This document shows positions 1-16,899 of a DNA stretch of 64,000 bases, in pieces. The notes under the pieces are model-generated. The model searched no databases. It was not told where the DNA came from and worked only from the letters and a program-made list of their open reading frames with translations. Every line of letters begins with the position of its first letter. Positions within the stretch are counted from its first letter, which is position 1. The stretch lies in NCBI RefSeq assembly GCF_009914755.1, contig NC_060928.1. One strand, 5' to 3'. The translations under genes and the position numbers were made by a program. The stretch comes from the human T2T-CHM13v2.0 reference genome, Homo sapiens.

Positions 1-531
1 GAGCCAGGATGGGAGTAGCAGGGAGGAAGAAAAGTATCTTAAGGGAGATAGAGCAGACAGGGAGTGGCAACAGAATAGATTTAAGAGGTGAGGTAAGGAT
101 GGTGAGAAGGAGTACACCCTTATTAAATGAAAAAGACTGAAAATCTGTCAATTGTCATATTTACAATATAGCCCTAATTTTGATGTTTAAACGTATACAA
201 AGTTATTCTGAAAATAAACTGAATATCAAAAGGAATAAAAAACTATAATGGATTAAAACACATGAAATATGTTAAAATTCATGAGTTCATCACAAAATGG
301 TAACACAAAAGACAGAGGGCGATAAAGTATATTAAAGGCTCTAACTGTTGGAAAAGTGGAAACAAAATGAAATAAGTCAAGGATGCATGTTGTAATCTCT
401 AGAGCAACCTCTAAATGAATTTGGAAATGTAATACATTAGATGCCAAAAAAATGAAAAATATTTCATTGATCCAAAAGAAGAGAGAAAAATGAATATAAA
501 ATAGATTAATTAAATAAAAACAAAAAGTAGG

Positions 532-815
532 GGCCAGGTGCAGTGGCTCACGCCTGTAATCCCAGCACTTTGGGAGCCCAAAGCAGGCAGATTACTTGAG
601 GTCAGGAGTTCGAAACCAGCCTGGCCAACATGGTGAAATCCCATCTCTACTAAAAATACAAGAGTTAGCCAGGCGTGGTGGTGGGCGCCTGTAATCCCAG
701 CTCCTGCTTAGGCAGGAGAATCACTTGAACCCGGGAGGCAGAGGTTGGAGCGAGCTGAGATCAAGCCACTGTACTCCAGCCTAGGCAGCAGAGCGAGATT
801 CTGTTTCAAAAAAAA
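532..815 (+). mobile_element. Alu (AluS-like) inside an old L1M-like fragment
   Basis: GGCCAGGTGCAGTGGCTCACGCC start, dimer structure, A tail. Confidence 0.93.
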
Positions 816-1531
816 TTAAAAAAATAAAATAAAAATAAAAACAAAGAGTAGGGTGGTAGAAACATACTGCCATTTTACCATACATGTTAAAGTACACCAC
901 AAGAATGTTTCCAGAATGTGGGAAATGCTATAGGACAAACACCCTGATTTCTTTAAAAAATAAATTGCAAGGTAAAAAGGGTGTGTTGGGGTTGGGGGGT
1001 TGGCGGGGAGGATTAGGATTGGCCAAAGTGTTAACAATCACTGATCCTGAATAATACACACATGGGAAATACCATACTACTGCCTCTACTTTTGTATTCA
1101 TTTGAATTTTACTGGAATGTAAAGTAGAAAGGAACAGAGGGAAAATGGGAGGGAGAGAAGAAGAGAAAGCAATACAGAGACAGTGGCAGGGAGGGAAGAT
1201 CTCTGGATACTTATTGGCATATTTATGTGCAGAAAGTGTTTTGACAGGATATATTTTTAAATGTTCAAGTGGTTATCTCTGGGCTAATGTGATCACAAAT
1301 TTTAGAACGTTACAAATTCACCATCTCTGGGTGGGAAGATTACCGGTAACTTTTAGTCTCTTTTTGTTTAGCTGTGTTTTCTCATTGCTTCTACAATGGG
1401 TAAAACAGAATGCTTGACTCAAAAATTGTTTAAAAGCATGGAAGAAAGACTGCCAAAACCTAAAAACTTCTCCCTTTACATAGATGTTGATGTGTAAGTC
1501 TACATTTCTTAAACATTTCTGGGTCACAGCT

Positions 1532-1890
1532 CGCAATGGACTGAATGTCTGTGTCCTCCCAAAATTCATACTTTGAAACCCTCATCTCTAATAGGATGGT
1601 ATTTGGAGATGGGCCTCTGGGAGGCAAACAGGTCATGAGGGTGGAGCCCTCATGATAAGATTTGTACCCTTATAAAAGGAGACCCGAGAGAGCTTGCTTT
1701 CTCTATCTCCACCAAGTGAGGACACAGCCAGAAGACAGCTGTCTGCAAGGCAGAAAGAAGGTCCTCACCAAGAACCTGACCCTGCTAGCACCTTCATCTG
1801 GGACTTTCAGCCTCCAGAACTGTGAGAAATGAATTTCTGTTGTTTAAGCAACTCATGAGGGATTGCGTTGTAGCAGACCAGACTAAGACA
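1532..1890 (+). mobile_element. MLT1A-like MaLR LTR
   Basis: tggactgaatgtctgtgtcc...gggtggagccctcatga...cagaactgtgagaaat...actaagaca motifs. Confidence 0.8.
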
Positions 1891-2044
1891 CAGGCTCTTT
1901 GCAAAATCTGACAAAAGCTACTACCTCTCTTTCCAGAAAAATGCACAATCTTATAGAATTTTCCATACAATGTCAGGAAACTCTGAGATCCTTAATGAAC
2001 CCATAGACTTTCTATGCTGTCAGTAGTAGTTATAATAAAAAATA

Positions 2045-2270
2045 ATACCTGACATTTATTGCCTACTTGCCATGTGCCAAGCATGGCTCTAGGTGTCAAC
2101 TCATTTAATCCTCCCACCAACCCTCCAAGATGGGCATTCTCATCATCCCTATTTTATAGATGAAGAAAGTGAGGACAGAGAAGATTAATAATTTGCACAG
2201 GTTCCACTAGCTAACAAGCAGAAAAGCCAGCATACAAACTTGGGCAGCCTGGCTCCAGAGCTCAGCTCTT
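2045..2270 (-). mobile_element. MIR
   Basis: MIR core ccctattttatagatgaagaaagtgagg. Confidence 0.7.
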
Positions 2271-2905
2271 AAGCAGCAAAATATGAGGCCACCCACAGAG
2301 TTGAAGTTAAACATGCCAAGAAAATATGACATCCTGAATCATGCTCTGGAGAACATGTCTTCAAATTCAATTAACATTATGTACCTACCATGTGTCAGAC
2401 CCATCCAAACACATAAGCTCATCCAACCCTCAAAACAGTGCTGTAAGTAACTCGCCCCAAATACCCAGTTAACTGCTGTAAAAACAGGAGTCTAGCCTGT
2501 CTTCTGACTTCAAGTTCAACATACCACAGCTGACTGCCTCTAAACTGGGGTGATGGTCCTGTTCTACATCACACAAGACCTCCCCATGACCAAAATCTTT
2601 GCAAGGTAACTGGTTGACATCCAATTCAATAGATTAAATCTGTAGACCCCAAAATTTCCCCATGGTGTAAAGCAATTCAGCATTTGAGGAGATTTTCCTT
2701 TATTATTCAGCTTTGGCCTGCTGAGACATCCTGGATGGATATGTGCTTCCAAAAGTTTGTACTTGAGTTTCATATGCATAAATAGGATTATTTACATACA
2801 CTGCAAATAACTGCTAAATGCTATAATACGACATTGCAATCACATGCAACATAGCGTACATAAATATGAACATGCGAGCTACATAAGAGCTCCCCTAGTA
2901 CTTAC

Positions 2906-3135
2906 AGTTTCACAGTTCAAGCATCGAGTTTCATTGGTAAGCGTTCCCTGAAAAATCTCATGGACCCAGGTGAGTTCTGGTTTATTATTTTCCGCAGGTT
3001 CGTTCATGTTGCCATTTTTTAATTTTCCATTTTGTTTTTCCTGTTTCTTCTCCTCCTGAAGGATGTCCGCAATAGTGTTTAGCAAATAATTTAAAAATTC
3101 ATGAGCATCCTGCTGCATGTAGTTATCAAAGAGAT
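2906..3135 (-). CDS. USP46: USP46 exon 4 ([15 protein letters not shown]...RCLNCET)
   Basis: 230 nt; AG at 3137-3136 and GTAAGT at 2905-2900; QQDAHEF motif and CxxC zinc ligands; frame continuous with exon 3 (cumulative 561 nt). Confidence 0.98.
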
Positions 3136-3193
3136 CTGGAAAGGAGAAGGTGGTTATTTCAGTCTCTGGTTCTTGAAAAGCAAATGGATGTAA

Positions 3194-3510
<317 letters not shown>

Positions 3511-4837
3511 CATACTTCAACTTTTATATTGAAAGGATGGACAGGTATGGAATATAAATATACTCATCTCTACCAGGCAGCTTCAATGAGTAAGTTTCCA
3601 AAGAGCTTTTTTAATTCATTTCCATTTTCTGCCATGCACCAAGAACAAAATTTCCCGTATCTCCCTAAAGTCATCACATTTATATAAAACTACCAAAAGT
3701 TCTATTTGTTCTACAAAGGAACAGAAGTTATCAGATAAGTTCCCTGATAAAATATCAATTTTTAATATGATGTAACTACCAATGATCAATTAATTATTCA
3801 TTGGGTAATTTATTCAGAGCAACTGGGGTGTCCTCCCAAAGATCATATTAAACCCTGGACCAGCCTGGAAGCAGCTTAGATGAAACACAGAAGGGAGATG
3901 AGGGTATGTGTGAGCAAGCATCTATCTGATAGTGTTCCGAAACCAAATACAAATGATTCCAGAAGCCTAGTGCTGCTCCCTGCCATAAGGACAAACAATC
4001 AGAGATGAATGCAGCTGTGAACCTTCATTATTAATCACGTTCACAACTCGACAGAGTGCTCTGCTTCCTTCTCCACTGAAATTAGTTTTAATCTGGTATG
4101 TATAAACTGTAACTTCAAAATACAGCAATCAAATTAAAAGAGACTTTATAAAACAAATACCTGATTAACCATGCACGTCTGATGAAGTAAGGCTGAATCT
4201 AAGATAAATAGTAATTGCCATAACAAATATCTTTATAGTCATAAAAACTGCCAATACAAAACTTCTGGAATACACACCTAGTTTCTACTACCAATCCCCC
4301 AGAAGAAGAAGATAGAAAAACCAGAAAAATCAGGACTTTTAAAAACCATATAAAGCAATCAATTTGATATCCTTCAATTACCTCAGGCAAATGAAAATCA
4401 GAGGTATTGTATTTAAAACAGCAGAGGCTCTGATTAGATAACAGGCACTTATTTTAATCACCTATGACAAGTTTATAAGCCAGTACTATTTTATTTAATT
4501 ATTGCATCAACCAATTTAGGCCAATGAGTATCCCACTCCGAAGGCTGCCTTGGACACTATTCTCTCTTACAATGATCCTGCCCAGAATGGAGCAAATAAA
4601 ATGGTCATTCTAAATTGGAATAATAAATGTGCGTTTTTAAGCATGTTTCTAACCCAGTTTTGTTTTAAGTTTACTGGGCAGAGAAGAAATGTTGTTTCTT
4701 AAAAAATGACACCGAGTAGTTAACCATGCTTATTTTCCCTTTTCAAAAAAATGCCAGCTCTTCCTTTTGAGGAGATACAGAACCATCAATTCTCCTTATT
4801 TCAGAGGCTTAAATACATTATACTGCATACTACTCAC

Positions 4838-5051
4838 CATTCTCTTTTCTCAGCCTTGAAATGAACTTCTTTGGTGGGATGACGCCAACCTTCTTCTTCT
4901 GTGTGGCAATGCTGTGGAAAAGGTCCGCCAGGCACGTCAGCAAGTTTTCCTTCTTCTTTTGCTGGGCCTTGTATGCCAACACATTCTCCCGGAATGGACG
5001 GCAGAAGTACAATGCCTGAAGCACGGAGTTACAGTAGCATGTGTTTCCAAA
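4838..5051 (-). CDS. USP46: USP46 exon 3 ([17 protein letters not shown]...RLRKEN, catalytic Cys)
   Basis: 214 nt; AG at 5053-5052 and GTGAGT at 4837-4832; contains the GNTCYCNS peptidase C19 Cys box; overlaps ORF 4830..5024. Confidence 0.98.
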
Positions 5052-6589
5052 CTGCCAAGGGACAAGAGGGATGGCTCAAGTCATTGCCTGGGGATGAGCC
5101 ACCTCTGGAATAAGTGGTGAGGGTGAGAAGGTCCCTGCTCCGTGAACTGGCCTGGATGTCCCTGTATTGGAGTCCAGCTCACCATATTAGAAAACTAGTT
5201 AACTACTCTAAACACCAGTGACCATCTGATCCACAGAGAAATGAAGAAAAATGCACATCATTCCGGTGCTTCTCTAGCCCATCAAAGTCTCTAAAATGAT
5301 AATAAGCACTCTACCTCAATAAAGAGTCTAACGAGACCTGCTGGTGCTTAAAAAACAGAGAAAGAGAAGGGGAAAAAAATCTACATACTGTGGAGACCCA
5401 GGAAAGCAGCTGGCTAAATAAAAGATGCACATTGCAACATATCAAAACTCCCATGACAGGGAAAATAAAAATATGAATCAAAAAGAAATCCAGTAATTAG
5501 GAACCACTTGCTCGGCTGAAACAGCCTAAACTGAACAGGGGCTGGTTTTCATTTTTCAATATTCCAGTACTCCTGCCCACTGGCTCAGACCACATTTCCT
5601 CACTTAACCCCGAGCAACACAGCAACGCAGGCAAAAATATGCTGCCTCATGTCACTCTCCCAGCTTCCCACCCTCTGGACTTCTAAATGGCCCTTGATCT
5701 TGCTTCTGCCAAGGCGGCAATTGTGCCAATGCAATACTACCCAAGTTCCTAGCCTGCAATCACATTAGGGCCCACCCAGTAACATTTTATACCTCTCACA
5801 AAGCATGGATACTGAGATTATTATTAAAGAGGGAAAACGTCTCACTGATTTTCTACTGACTATAAGACCACCTCTGTAGAAGAACACAGCTGAGACTATC
5901 ACTTTAGAATTTGTTGTGCACAATAAAATTTAAAGAAAAAAATTCTAAGGAAATAACTAACAAGATTAATAACACAGATTATGAAATGCTATGTAAGATT
6001 AAAATAGAACATGAACACCTTCTCAAAACTGGTTGTTGGCTTGTGTGTCGTTTACCCAAGAGCGAGACAGATGCTCTGCCATACTTAACATGACATTTCT
6101 ATGTATGCTAAGATAGAAGGCTTCCTATTTTTATATTTTAATCTACTTTGACACAATTATGTAACAGGAGACAAACCTCTTTGTACAGAGAAGCTGGAAC
6201 TTTCATAAATTACCATTCAAAGGGAACATAAATGAAGCTATTAATAAACACAGATCCCACAAACCTTACACAAACTAGGAAATGGCCTTAATTCTTTCTC
6301 TTTTTTCTCTCTCTCCACTATCTGCATTTGTATTTTTCTTAGCCAGGGCAGAATCCCCATGCCTTGAATAACTCACTTCACAGGGCTAAGCAGAGGCCTG
6401 TGCAAAATGGCTAAAAAGTTTGTTTTAAAATCATAAGTCAGTATTTCACCAACACAATGCCCTATATTCCAGGGCTTAGCTTTCCTCCTTCCATTTTTTC
6501 CTCTCTTACTCAGTATCTCACCTTTCCCCAGACACCCTTCAGTAACGCTTGGCCCCAATTCAGTGGACAACTCCTGGGAAGGGAAAGGA

Positions 6590-6810
6590 ACGAACATTTA
6601 CCGAGTGTCCACAGTATGTCTCAGCTTCATGTCAGGGTTTTAAATAGGCGCTCTCATTTACCCTTCATTATCACCCAAAGGGTAGAAGCCATTATGACCC
6701 CCACTTTACAGATGGGGAAATGGAGGCTCAGAGAGTGCAAGTGACTTGCCCAAGATCACACAAGCTAGGGAGTAGCACAGGCAGAATTCAAACCGAGGTC
6801 TGTATTACAT
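6590..6810 (-). mobile_element. MIR
   Basis: cccactttacagatggggaaatggaggctcagagag core. Confidence 0.75.
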
Positions 6811-7360
6811 TAAAGCCAATGTTCTTCCTATTATATCATGGGCAGCATTTACTTGCAGAGAATTATTTCCAACTTTCCCAGTGGAAATTACTACTTACCA
6901 CACCTGGGCATTGACAGACTACGTTCAGCATAATTATTCAGAAAACCAATTGTTTTTGAGTTAATATTTGATGTCACTTAACACCTACATCCCAGAGAAA
7001 AAGGATCAAGTGAAGAAGAAAGCTCACGAGGATGGAGGGCACACCGCCTCTACCGTGTTACTACTCCGTTATCATTAACCTGCCAAGGAAGCAGAGCTGC
7101 TGGGTCCAGCCTTCTACAAAGGAGGTTACTGCTGAGTGCAAAAAAAATGAGGCCAGGAATTCTGAGATAAAATGGTCCCAGTTTTCTCTCCCAACCTGTC
7201 CTGCTTCAGGTACACCAGCAAGTTACACTGTTAAAGAAAGACACTGGCAATGTGCTGGTAATGTTTTTAAAACACTGGTTGTACTGATGCATACTTAAAC
7301 AAAGACTGGCTGAACAGTTCATCCAAATGACACAGGCAGAACATATAAAAGCAGATTTCG

Positions 7361-7648
7361 GGCCTGGTGCAGTGGCTCACACCTGTAATCCCCACACTTT
7401 GGGAGGCCGAAGCAGGTGGATCACCTGAGGTCTGGAGCTCTGGCCAACATGGCAAAACCCTGTCTCTACTAAAAAATTAGCTGGGCATGGTGGCGCATGC
7501 CTGTAATCCCAGCTACTCGGGAGGCTGAGGTAGGAGATCGCTTGAACACACGAGGTGGAGGTTGCAGTGAGTCAAGATTGTGCCATTGCACTCCAACCTG
7601 AGCGACAGAGCAAGACTCTGTCTCAAAAAAAAAAAAAAAAAAGAAAAA
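7361..7648 (+). mobile_element. Alu in intron 2
   Basis: Alu dimer with small internal deletions; TSD aaaagcagattt/aaaatcagattt. Confidence 0.93.
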
Positions 7649-7950
7649 ATCAGATTTGGCTACAAAGACTAATGAAATTATTATGAAAGTTATGTGTGCA
7701 AAGGAAATTCCTTAAAGCATGGGGGGAAAATGTAAATTTGACCCAAAATGCAATAATTAAATGTTTTTTGCTGGGACAACTCATACTTTCAAAAATAGGT
7801 TAAGTTGCTTTCTCCCCAATATTGGCATTCTACTAACTACGGAGCATGACCAATCATTTAAAAATTGGTAGTGATAAAAATGCACTTAAAGTGGAGTTGC
7901 TTCATATACCCTAAAACATTTGATGAAAATAATACATTTTACATACTTAC

Positions 7951-8031
7951 ATTGACCAATCCGAAATAGTGTTCATTGATTGGAAACTGCTCTGGACCAA
8001 TGTCTTTTTCCAGAGCAGAGGCATTGGTGCC
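7951..8031 (-). CDS. USP46: USP46 exon 2 ([27 protein letters not shown])
   Basis: 81 nt; AG acceptor at 8033-8032 and GTAAGT donor at 7950-7945; encodes the start of the USP Cys box. Too short for the ORF track. Confidence 0.97.
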
Positions 8032-8610
8032 CTAAAAGAGAAAAATAGCAAAAGTTCTGTTGCATGTAAAATAGACAAAAAGTAAAATCATACCTAAAAG
8101 AGTCTACTATTGAGACAAGCATCTTCCCTGGTCAACACGGTATTTGTTGATGTTTGCACTGAAGAAAAATGTGTCAGAAGTAAAGCAGAAGAGTAGTTAA
8201 TAATGTCAGCCTTATTCTTCTTCTCATTCAACTTATTCATCCCCTAAAACCTACTCTACTTGACTTCAATTTTCTATTTAGAAAAGAAAGTTTGAGACAG
8301 GCAAATGAACAAACAATCGCCAAGAACTTCTGAATAAAACACGGGCATTTCAAACAGCTACAGCAGCTTTTGTAATATTTGATGGCATACAGAATCATAT
8401 TACCACTATCAAAGTCAATGTATTCATTTTAATAAAGATTTACTGAGCACCCACTAAGCCAGACACACTGTTCTCTAGGTCTGGGCATGGATAACAGAAC
8501 AGTGAGCTAAACACACAATGCCTGCTCTCATGGATTTCACATTTTAGCAGATGAAGACAGACTGAAAGGAAAAGTGTGTTGGAGAGTTTATTTAAAAATA
8601 ATAGTGCAGG

Positions 8611-9008
<398 letters not shown>

Positions 9009-9425
9009 TTAAGACTCAGAAGCATTTAAGAATCCACCCAAGGTCCATTGTAAGTGGTAGAGCTAGGATTTGAACCTAAGAGGCAGACTTGAGAGTCCAC
9101 AATCATAAGCAAATGCTGTGCAGAGCAATTCTACTATTAAACCTTTTGTTGAGCCCCACTAAGGGTCAGTTACTGGCAAATGATTATCAGCACTCCCTAA
9201 GACCTGAATGAGTCTTCTAGGATTAGGAAAAGTGACCCATGTTCAGTCCAATAAGGTAAGTAGTTTGGGAAGCAAGTAAAATAAGGCTCCATTTGTACCA
9301 TGGACTCTATCATCATTCTAGAGAAGGCTCTGTCTACCTTCACAGGCCATCATGGAAGACTAACAGCTCACAGAAACTCAAGACTTAAGAGACAGGTATT
9401 TTTAAATGAATAAGAAAAAAGTTTT

Positions 9426-9699
9426 GGCCGGACATGGTGGCTCACACCTGTAATTCCAGCACTTTGGGAGGCTGAGGTGGGCAGATCCCTTGAGCCTCAG
9501 TGGTTCGAGACCAGCCTGGGCAACATGGTAAAATCCTGTCTCTACAAAAAATATAAAACTTAGCAGGTAGCACAAACCTGTAGTGCCAGCTACTCAAGAG
9601 GCTGAGGTGGAAGGAGCCTGGGGAGGTGGAGGCTGTGCAGTGAGCTGTGATGGCACCACTGCACTCCAGCCTGGGCAACAGAGTGATACCCTGTCTCAA
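9426..9699 (+). mobile_element. Alu (AluJ-like)
   Basis: Diverged dimer with gcaacatggt and gaggctgtgcagtgagctgtg. Confidence 0.9.
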
Positions 9700-9805
9700 G
9701 AAGGAAAAGAACAGAACAGAACAGAAAAAAAAAGAAAAGACAAGAGAAGACAAGACAGAGAAAGAAAAGGAAGGAAGGAAGGAAGGGAAAGAGAAAGAAA
9801 GAAAG

Positions 9806-9884
<79 letters not shown>

Positions 9885-9890
9885 AAAGAA

Positions 9891-9922
<32 letters not shown>

Positions 9923-9930
9923 AAAAGAAA
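9700..9930. repeat. Compound (AAAG)n/(GGAA)n microsatellite
   Basis: Long pure AAAG run at ~9806-9880 within a ~230 nt purine-rich tract. Confidence 0.97.
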
Positions 9931-11007
9931 GGTAAGTTTCATTTTTAAAAATTGATCTGCTGCTACTACTTATTTTGGACTCACAACTGGCATCTCCTCT
10001 CACAGAAAGAAATGACCAAAACGTAACTGAGAACTAGTTGAAATGGCCACTTGTCCCTAAGCAAACATTAAATGCAAAATGACCCTCCTCGGACCACAGA
10101 ACTACAGTAGAAATGGCACACAGCCTCCCCTCATCATAACATCCTTCAAATTCCACTTGTTTCCTAGGTCCTTAATACTGTTGCACCAAACGAATAACTC
10201 CCTTTACCTGTCATGTGAGACTTACAGTTCAAGGATCATTTGCATCTAGGATAGTTTCCATGTCTTTTCATTAGTATGGGGGAGTTGGGGAGTGCTCACT
10301 GCCTTCACAATAATGTGACACTATATACAAGGCTGAATTTTTGAAATAACACAGCAAATTATGGTAGGACTTTTTGGTATAGACAAAAATCACTAAAAAT
10401 TTTCAATAAAGTTATATCTCAAGCATAAATCAATGTAAATAATGCATATTAAATATACCCCCATAACCATTCTTCAAGCAAAATTAGGATATATGGCTTA
10501 GAGCCCGGGAGGAATGTCAGATATAAAAGTATAGCACATGGAGAGAGATACCATTAAATCTTTCTTTATGATGTAGGAACATATTCAAGTTATGGAAATT
10601 CTTAGGTTCGGTGTGCTTTTTCTACCTATCTTAATATTTTCCCATTTTGGGAGATGGGAACCTGGAGGTGATGACTCATACTAAGGATGGCAACCCAGGG
10701 GTCAGTGTTCAAGAGAAATATGCTGGAGACAGAGGCCTGGCCCACTCAGGCAGGAGGCTGAGTGTACCACAGCACAACACAGCACAGCACAGGACAGGAC
10801 AAAACAGCACAGCGAAAAATCAAAGTGAGCTCTCTGTGCTTTCAGTGAAAACTGGCTCTACTCTGAGGCCAACACTTCCTCAACACCCCTCAGGTTAAGC
10901 TTGCTTGGATCTGCAAGGGTCATGAGGAGAAGTTGGCTGGGCCCTGATCCTTGGCGCTGCTTCTAGACCATGACACCCTTACCCTCTTGTAAAAACATTT
11001 TCGTGTC

Positions 11008-11673
<666 letters not shown>

Positions 11674-12869
11674 TGACCCTTGTCTTGGCTGACCCGACTC
11701 ATGGAAGACCTACAATTATACTACAACTCTTGGTATCATCCCAGGTGATTTCAACACCCATGTGGATGGATGAGCCATCCCACCCATGCTCTCGCAGCAA
11801 CTTGATGTCCTATTTTTCAATTGTCTTTTATTTCACTCCACTTTTTAAAATTCCATTCCACTTCAGCTACCCCTCCCATAGACACCCTGGATCTGGCCAT
11901 CACCCTGAAATCCTCAAATGCAACTGCCCACAGTCTACCCAAACTCAGCTGTCAGCTGGCTGCTTCTACTTCTTCTTTTTTTTTTTTTTTTTGCCTCCTT
12001 ATACCCTCCAGGCAATGTTACCACTGGCTTCTTTTAAGCCCACCATCACAGCCACATCTACATCTCTCCAGAACCTCTAGTCCTCTACTTTCTCATTCAA
12101 CTTTGAGTATATGGATAACGGATCCAGCTGCTCTTCTAAATAGCCCTCACCCTGCCCTTTGGCCATACGATCTGGCAAGAAAGCCAAGCCAGTGTAAACC
12201 AAACATTTTCCTCTCTGAACATACACCCAGACAAATGTGCAATGCTAGATGGAAAAAAAGGTCAAACAACCAAGCCGACTAGATTCACTGGAATGCCCCC
12301 ATTTCAAGTGGCCCACAACAGGTCCCACATTTCAGGGTTTCTCCAGTGCATTCACTCTCCACTCCATAGTGCTCATTTCCAATGGTCCCCAAGTTCCTCA
12401 AAACCTCGCCATCCCCTTGACCCTTCTCACTGGCCTTCCACTCAACAGAAAAAAACCATTAACTATTAGACAGGGACTCCCCCAACTTCCTACATGCCTC
12501 TTTCTTTCTTGCTAATGACAGAGAGATCTCTCTTGTCCAAGGGCAATCTCTCCTCCTCTATCAGATCCTTCCCGTCAGCATTTAAACATGCTTCAGCATC
12601 TCCCATATCAAAAATACACACACCCACACTGCCCCAAACATCACCTCCAGTTACCCTCCTCCTCACTTCCCCCTCAGAGCTAAACTTTCTTAAACAACTG
12701 TTTATTCTGAAACATTTATGGATGAATCAGATGATTTCTGAGATGGGTTTCAAACAAGCTGGTGGTGAGGTGGGGAGAAGTGGGGGTGGAGGATAAAGCT
12801 GTGTTGTTGAAGTTGAGTGATGGGTGTGTAGGGGTTCACTGTGCTTTCTGTTTATTTTTCACATCGATG

Positions 12870-13675
<806 letters not shown>

Positions 13676-13699
13676 AATGTCTCAGGTGTTCCATAATAA

Positions 13700-14098
<399 letters not shown>

Positions 14099-14909
14099 TG
14101 AGCTTCAAATCTGGCAAACTCCATGGCACTTTTAGGTGGCTGGCTTTTTCCAAGGGCTGTCTGGGGCCCTCCACCCTCTCCCAGGCCCAGGCAGGAACCA
14201 CTCACATGGCTTCAATCAGCTGCTACATGCCAACCATTTCCAACTCTTTCTCGGCAGCCTGGACACCTCATTTCTGAGCTCCAGGCTGAATGAATACTGG
14301 CAAATCCACTTACTTGTCTTACAGGATCTCAAAATCAATTTAACTAAAACTAGATTTTTCATTTATCTGGTGTTTCCCTGCTCAGAAAAGAACAATACCC
14401 TCCTCTTCTTGGCTCATGTCAAAAACCTATGGGTCATGCCGACATCGTCCTCTGCACTCTCTGCCCATCCATCACTGTCCTATTGCCTCACCCTCACTAA
14501 ATCTCTCAATCTCATGTGCTTCTCTTTTACTCTACTGCCACCAGCTAGGCCAGACTACCAGATCTCTCATCTGAATTACAACCACATCCTGAATGGCTTC
14601 TACTGCCCACCTTACCTACCTCTAACCCCACTGTCAACGCTGCAAAAAGTGCTCTTTTAAAATATGAATCTGCTTAAAATCCTCCAGTGACCTTCACTGC
14701 TGTTTCCAACCTCATCTCCTGCCCCTCATCCCCTGTTCCAATGGCCCTCCTGCTGTTCTCCGGTACCTCAAATGCCCCCTGCTTACCATCTGAGTGCTCC
14801 TCCTTCCCTGCTTCTTCAGACGCCTGTGTCCCAGCATCCTGCAAGGCCAGCTTAAAGGTCAGCTCCCAGGAGAATTCTACACTGGCACCCCTAGGTTAAG
14901 TCAGCCTCT

Positions 14910-15405
14910 GTGACAGAGAGAATACTGCCCCTCCCAAAGGTGTCCAGGCCCTAATCCCTAGAACCCATGATGACGTTACCTTATGTGGCAAAAGGGACTT
15001 TGCAGATATGATTAAATAATTAAGAACCTTGAGATGGGGAGATTATCTTGGATTATCCCAGGAGACACAGTATAATTACAAGTGACTTCAAGAGAGGGAG
15101 GCAAGAAGGTCAGAATCAGTGACGGGACGTGACAACAGATGTAGAGGTCAGACGGAGAGACTGAAGATGCCATGCTGCTGGCCTTGAAGAGGGAAGAAGG
15201 AGCCATGAGCCAAGGGATGCAGGCAGCCTCTACAAACTAGAAAAGGCAAGGAAATAGATTCTCCCCTAGAGCCTCTGGAAGGTGTACAGCCCTGCTGCAC
15301 CTGGATTTTAAGGCTTGTGACCTCCAGAACTGTAAGATAATATATTTTTGTCTTTTTAAGCTACTAAGTTTGTGGTAATTTTTACAGCAGCAATAGGAAA
15401 GTAAT
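14910..15405 (+). mobile_element. MLT1D-like LTR
   Basis: ccctaatccct...gttaccttatgtggcaaaagggactttgcagat...ccagaactgtaagataata. Confidence 0.8.
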
Positions 15406-16599
15406 ATACCCCGCCCCATGCTCTACTCCCCACTCATAGCATCCTGTATGTCTCCCTTATATATTCCAGTTATTATTTATATAATTATTAACATCTGTCC
15501 AATGCCCTAAATTATATATATAATATATATAATTTTATATATATATTTTTTTTATGAAAAAAATATATATATTACTCGTGGGAGCAAAGAATGTGTCTGA
15601 CCTGCCCAATACTGCGTTCTCAGTGGCTAGCACATAGTAGCCCCACAATACCTGCTGCATGGACTGATGGCTGGATGAATGCATGCATGGACAGGGATGG
15701 GTAGGGCTGTCTGGGTAGCTTCCATGTGCATGATAATTTGGAAACATATGTTCGTGCTCTCCCTATGTACTGTTCAGTGAGGCATAAGCGGTACCCTTCA
15801 CCACTTCCCCATTCTCCCTTCCCTTTTATAGACACATACTCTAAGAATTGGTTTCCATGGATACAGAATGTCACTGATATTGACATTTGGAACCAAACTC
15901 CTACTTCACATGCTAGCATTTTTCATTGGTAACGTGAATCTTTGTGCATCCTTAACAGACTTAGGGCTTAAATATGTTAAATGTAAATGTTTGCATAATA
16001 AAAGAACACAGACATGATGGGGAATGTTTCATGAGATCATGATGATAATTGCTTAAAGATAAATTAAGCAGTAGCATCAAAGTTTTAAATGACCATATCC
16101 TTCAACCCTGCAATTTGACTTTTTTTATTCTACTATATTTTCACAGAAGTGGAAAAAGAGATAAAGGCTGTAAAAAGACCCAAATAATGTAAGTGTGGAT
16201 TAAACAAGATGAAAATTTATTTTTCTCTCATGTAAGTATGCAAGAGGATGCAGCGTGGGCCTGATACAGCTGCTCTGCAGTGTTGAGGACTCGGGGTCCT
16301 TTTATCTTGTTGCACTGTCATCCTCAAGAGCCAGTTTCCATCTTTGGAACCAATATGGCTACTCTAGCTCCTACCACCAAATGCCTTCTGCCAGGGGGAA
16401 GCAGAAAAAAAAATGGGAAAGGACTGATCCTCCTCTAGGATGCTCCTGGAAGCTGCACACATTACTTTTGCTCACAATCCTGCTAGCTAGAATCTAATCT
16501 AGTCATATGGCCACACCTAGCTGCAAGGGAGTTTGGCAAAGGTGGTCTTTACCTGGGCAGCCACGACCAGGTAAAATGTCTCTAGAAATGAAAAGTGAA

Positions 16600-16899
16600 T
16601 TTTTTTTTTCAGACAGGTTCTCACTCTGTCGCCCAGGCTGGAGTGCAGTGGTGCTAACAGGGTTCACTGCAGCGTCAACCTTTCAGGCTCAAGTGATCCT
16701 CCCACCTCAGCCCCATGAGTAGCTGGTACTACAGGCATATGCTACCATGCCTGGGTTTTTTTTTTTTTTTTTTTTTTTGGTAGAGTCAGGGTCTTGCCAT
16801 GTTGTCCAGGCTGGTCTCGAAATTCCTGGGCTCAAACAATCCTTTCCCCTTGACCTCCTAAAGTGCTGGGATTACTGGTGTGAGCCATTGTGCCTGGCT
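16600..16899 (-). mobile_element. Alu (AluJ-like)
   Basis: Reverse dimer; imperfect TSD gaaaagtgaat/gaaaaatggat. Confidence 0.9.

Noticed and set aside
9442-10003. Lys/Glu/Arg-rich and Phe/Leu/Ser-rich ORFs
   Set aside because: Translations of the AAAG microsatellite and an Alu; the same applies at 43144-43423.
10768-10813. (CACAG)n-like pentamer run
   Set aside because: Short degenerate simple repeat with no further structure.
14136-14660. 174-aa ORF antisense to USP46
   Set aside because: No true ATG start, lies in decayed L2-like sequence, and has no recognisable domain.
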